From positions 128,001 to 192,000 of IMG/VR virus record IMGVR_UViG_3300023218_000040: DNA of 64,000 nt. One strand, written 5' to 3'. Within the stretch, counting starts at the first letter, position 1. Each line of letters begins with the position of its first letter. The position numbers and the translations under genes are program-made. Under the pieces are notes generated by a model. That model was given only the letters and a program-made list of their open reading frames with translations. It was not told the origin of the DNA and did no database searches. This DNA comes from a virus (Duplodnaviria > Caudoviricetes). Positions 63,225 through 64,000 of the stretch are shown here, piece after piece.

Positions 63225-63452
63225 ATGAAATCCTCATTCGAAATTACCTCCGAAGGAACCTTGCACGAGATCTTGTGTAATGGTAGAGTATCCTATCGAT
63301 TCCGTGGCGATGACGACGCTTACATGTTTATCATCACGAATAATGAGCCATCGGTCGATGGTACAGTCGTTGCTAAGTACAGAAAAGCCAAGATCCAGGT
63401 TATCATCGACTATGACGATCAACATGCAGACTACGAAGGAATCGAAACATGA
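63225..63452 (+). CDS. Hypothetical protein
   Basis: 75 aa, coupled to a short downstream hydrophobic ORF. Confidence 0.5.
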   Translation: MKSSFEITSEGTLHEILCNGRVSYRFRGDDDAYMFIITNNEPSVDGTVVAKYRKAKIQVIIDYDDQHADYEGIET

Positions 63453-63543
63453 ACATTCATCCTAGATTGGTAGCAGAACTCGCCCTACTAGTCGTGTGCA
63501 TTCTTCTATGGGCAGGGGTTACCACACTGTAAGTAGTCTATAA

Positions 63544-63634
63544 GGAAAGGCTACCGGATTGGCGACCGGCGCTGCCTCGAAAGCAGTTTGAGCCAGCAAT
63601 GGCTTTGTGGGTTCGAATCCCACCCCTTCCGCCA
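63544..63634 (+). tRNA. tRNA-Ser(CGA)
   Basis: GGAAAGG/CCCTTCC, G73, GCTGC-CTCGAAA-GCAGT, long variable arm, encoded CCA. Confidence 0.93.
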
Positions 63635-63720
63635 CTTCTTGACATTTACCCCGAGATCCCTAAATATAGTGTAAGACCAAGGGATAGACCTTTGGCAATC
63701 ACAACATTGGAGGATTTCCA

Positions 63721-64000
63721 ATGGCTACATTAATCTTAGCCCATTATTACGCTCCCATCGAAGTACAGCGTATCGCTGACCACACGGGCGATAGCCTGGA
63801 ACTAGCCCGAGTAGCACAAGAAGAGAAAGCAGACCGCATTGTGTTTGCTGGTGTTCGCTTCATGGCTGAAACAGCTAAGGTGCTCAACCCGGAATCCGAA
63901 GTCATCCTACCAGATTGGGGATCTACCTGTTCCTTGGTCGAACAGACCGATACCAACGATCTCCAGAGATGGAGGGATGAACATTCGGACCACACCCATG
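63721..64000 (+). CDS. nadA: Quinolinate synthase A, 3'-truncated by the window edge
   Basis: LILAHYY...EVQ.IAD..GDSL.LA......IVF.GV.FMAETAK.LNP...V..PD....CSL; GGAGG RBS; not in ORF track. Confidence 0.9.
   Translation, partial: MATLILAHYYAPIEVQRIADHTGDSLELARVAQEEKADRIVFAGVRFMAETAKVLNPESEVILPDWGSTCSLVEQTDTNDLQRWRDEHSDHTH

Noticed and set aside
1-64000. Alternative genetic code (stop-codon reassignment)
   Set aside because: Known protein families are full length under code 11 and end at TAA/TGA/TAG, often with ATGA or TAATG coupling; no suppressor tRNA seen

Overview
A 64-kb segment of a large (jumbo-type, T4-superfamily-like) tailed phage genome, read with the standard bacterial code. No host housekeeping operons and no CRISPR array were seen. 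(1) 1-13.1 kb is a biosynthetic-like enzyme island: methyltransferase, GNAT-like protein, PLP enzyme, six Asp/Asn-beta-hydroxylase-like 2OG-Fe(II) dioxygenases, SGNH-like and sulfotransferase-like proteins, an intein-split B12-dependent radical SAM, an acyl-lipid desaturase and two radical SAM/twitch proteins. (2) Nucleotide and RNA metabolism: EndoVII-dCMP deaminase fusion, Pnkp, Rnl1-type ligase, DRB0094-type ligase, intein-containing GuaC, DEDD exonuclease and the start of NadA. (3) Translation quality control: a circularly permuted two-piece tmRNA, a ClpP-like protease and an S41 C-terminal protease. (4) Late/virion genes: PAAR, Gly-rich fibre-like proteins, GH108 lysozyme, and an Acb1/gp57B-like domain fused to a PcfJ-like domain. 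(5) Many small early genes behind sigma70-type promoters, some on repeated promoter cassettes. (6) An RNA-rich zone at 50-57 kb and 63 kb: six canonical tRNAs, two D-armless tRNA-like genes (GUA and UCU anticodons) sharing a pseudoknotted replacement of the D arm, a ~630-nt ORF-free structured RNA candidate ending in a mini-tRNA with CCA, a ~190-nt hairpin-rich RNA candidate and an orphan TnpB/IS605 right-end (omega-RNA-like) remnant. Several late genes show TAAATA exactly 5 nt before the start codon, suggesting leaderless late mRNAs. The permuted tmRNA hints at an alphaproteobacterial host (inference). All family calls are from motif recognition by eye; no database searches were run.
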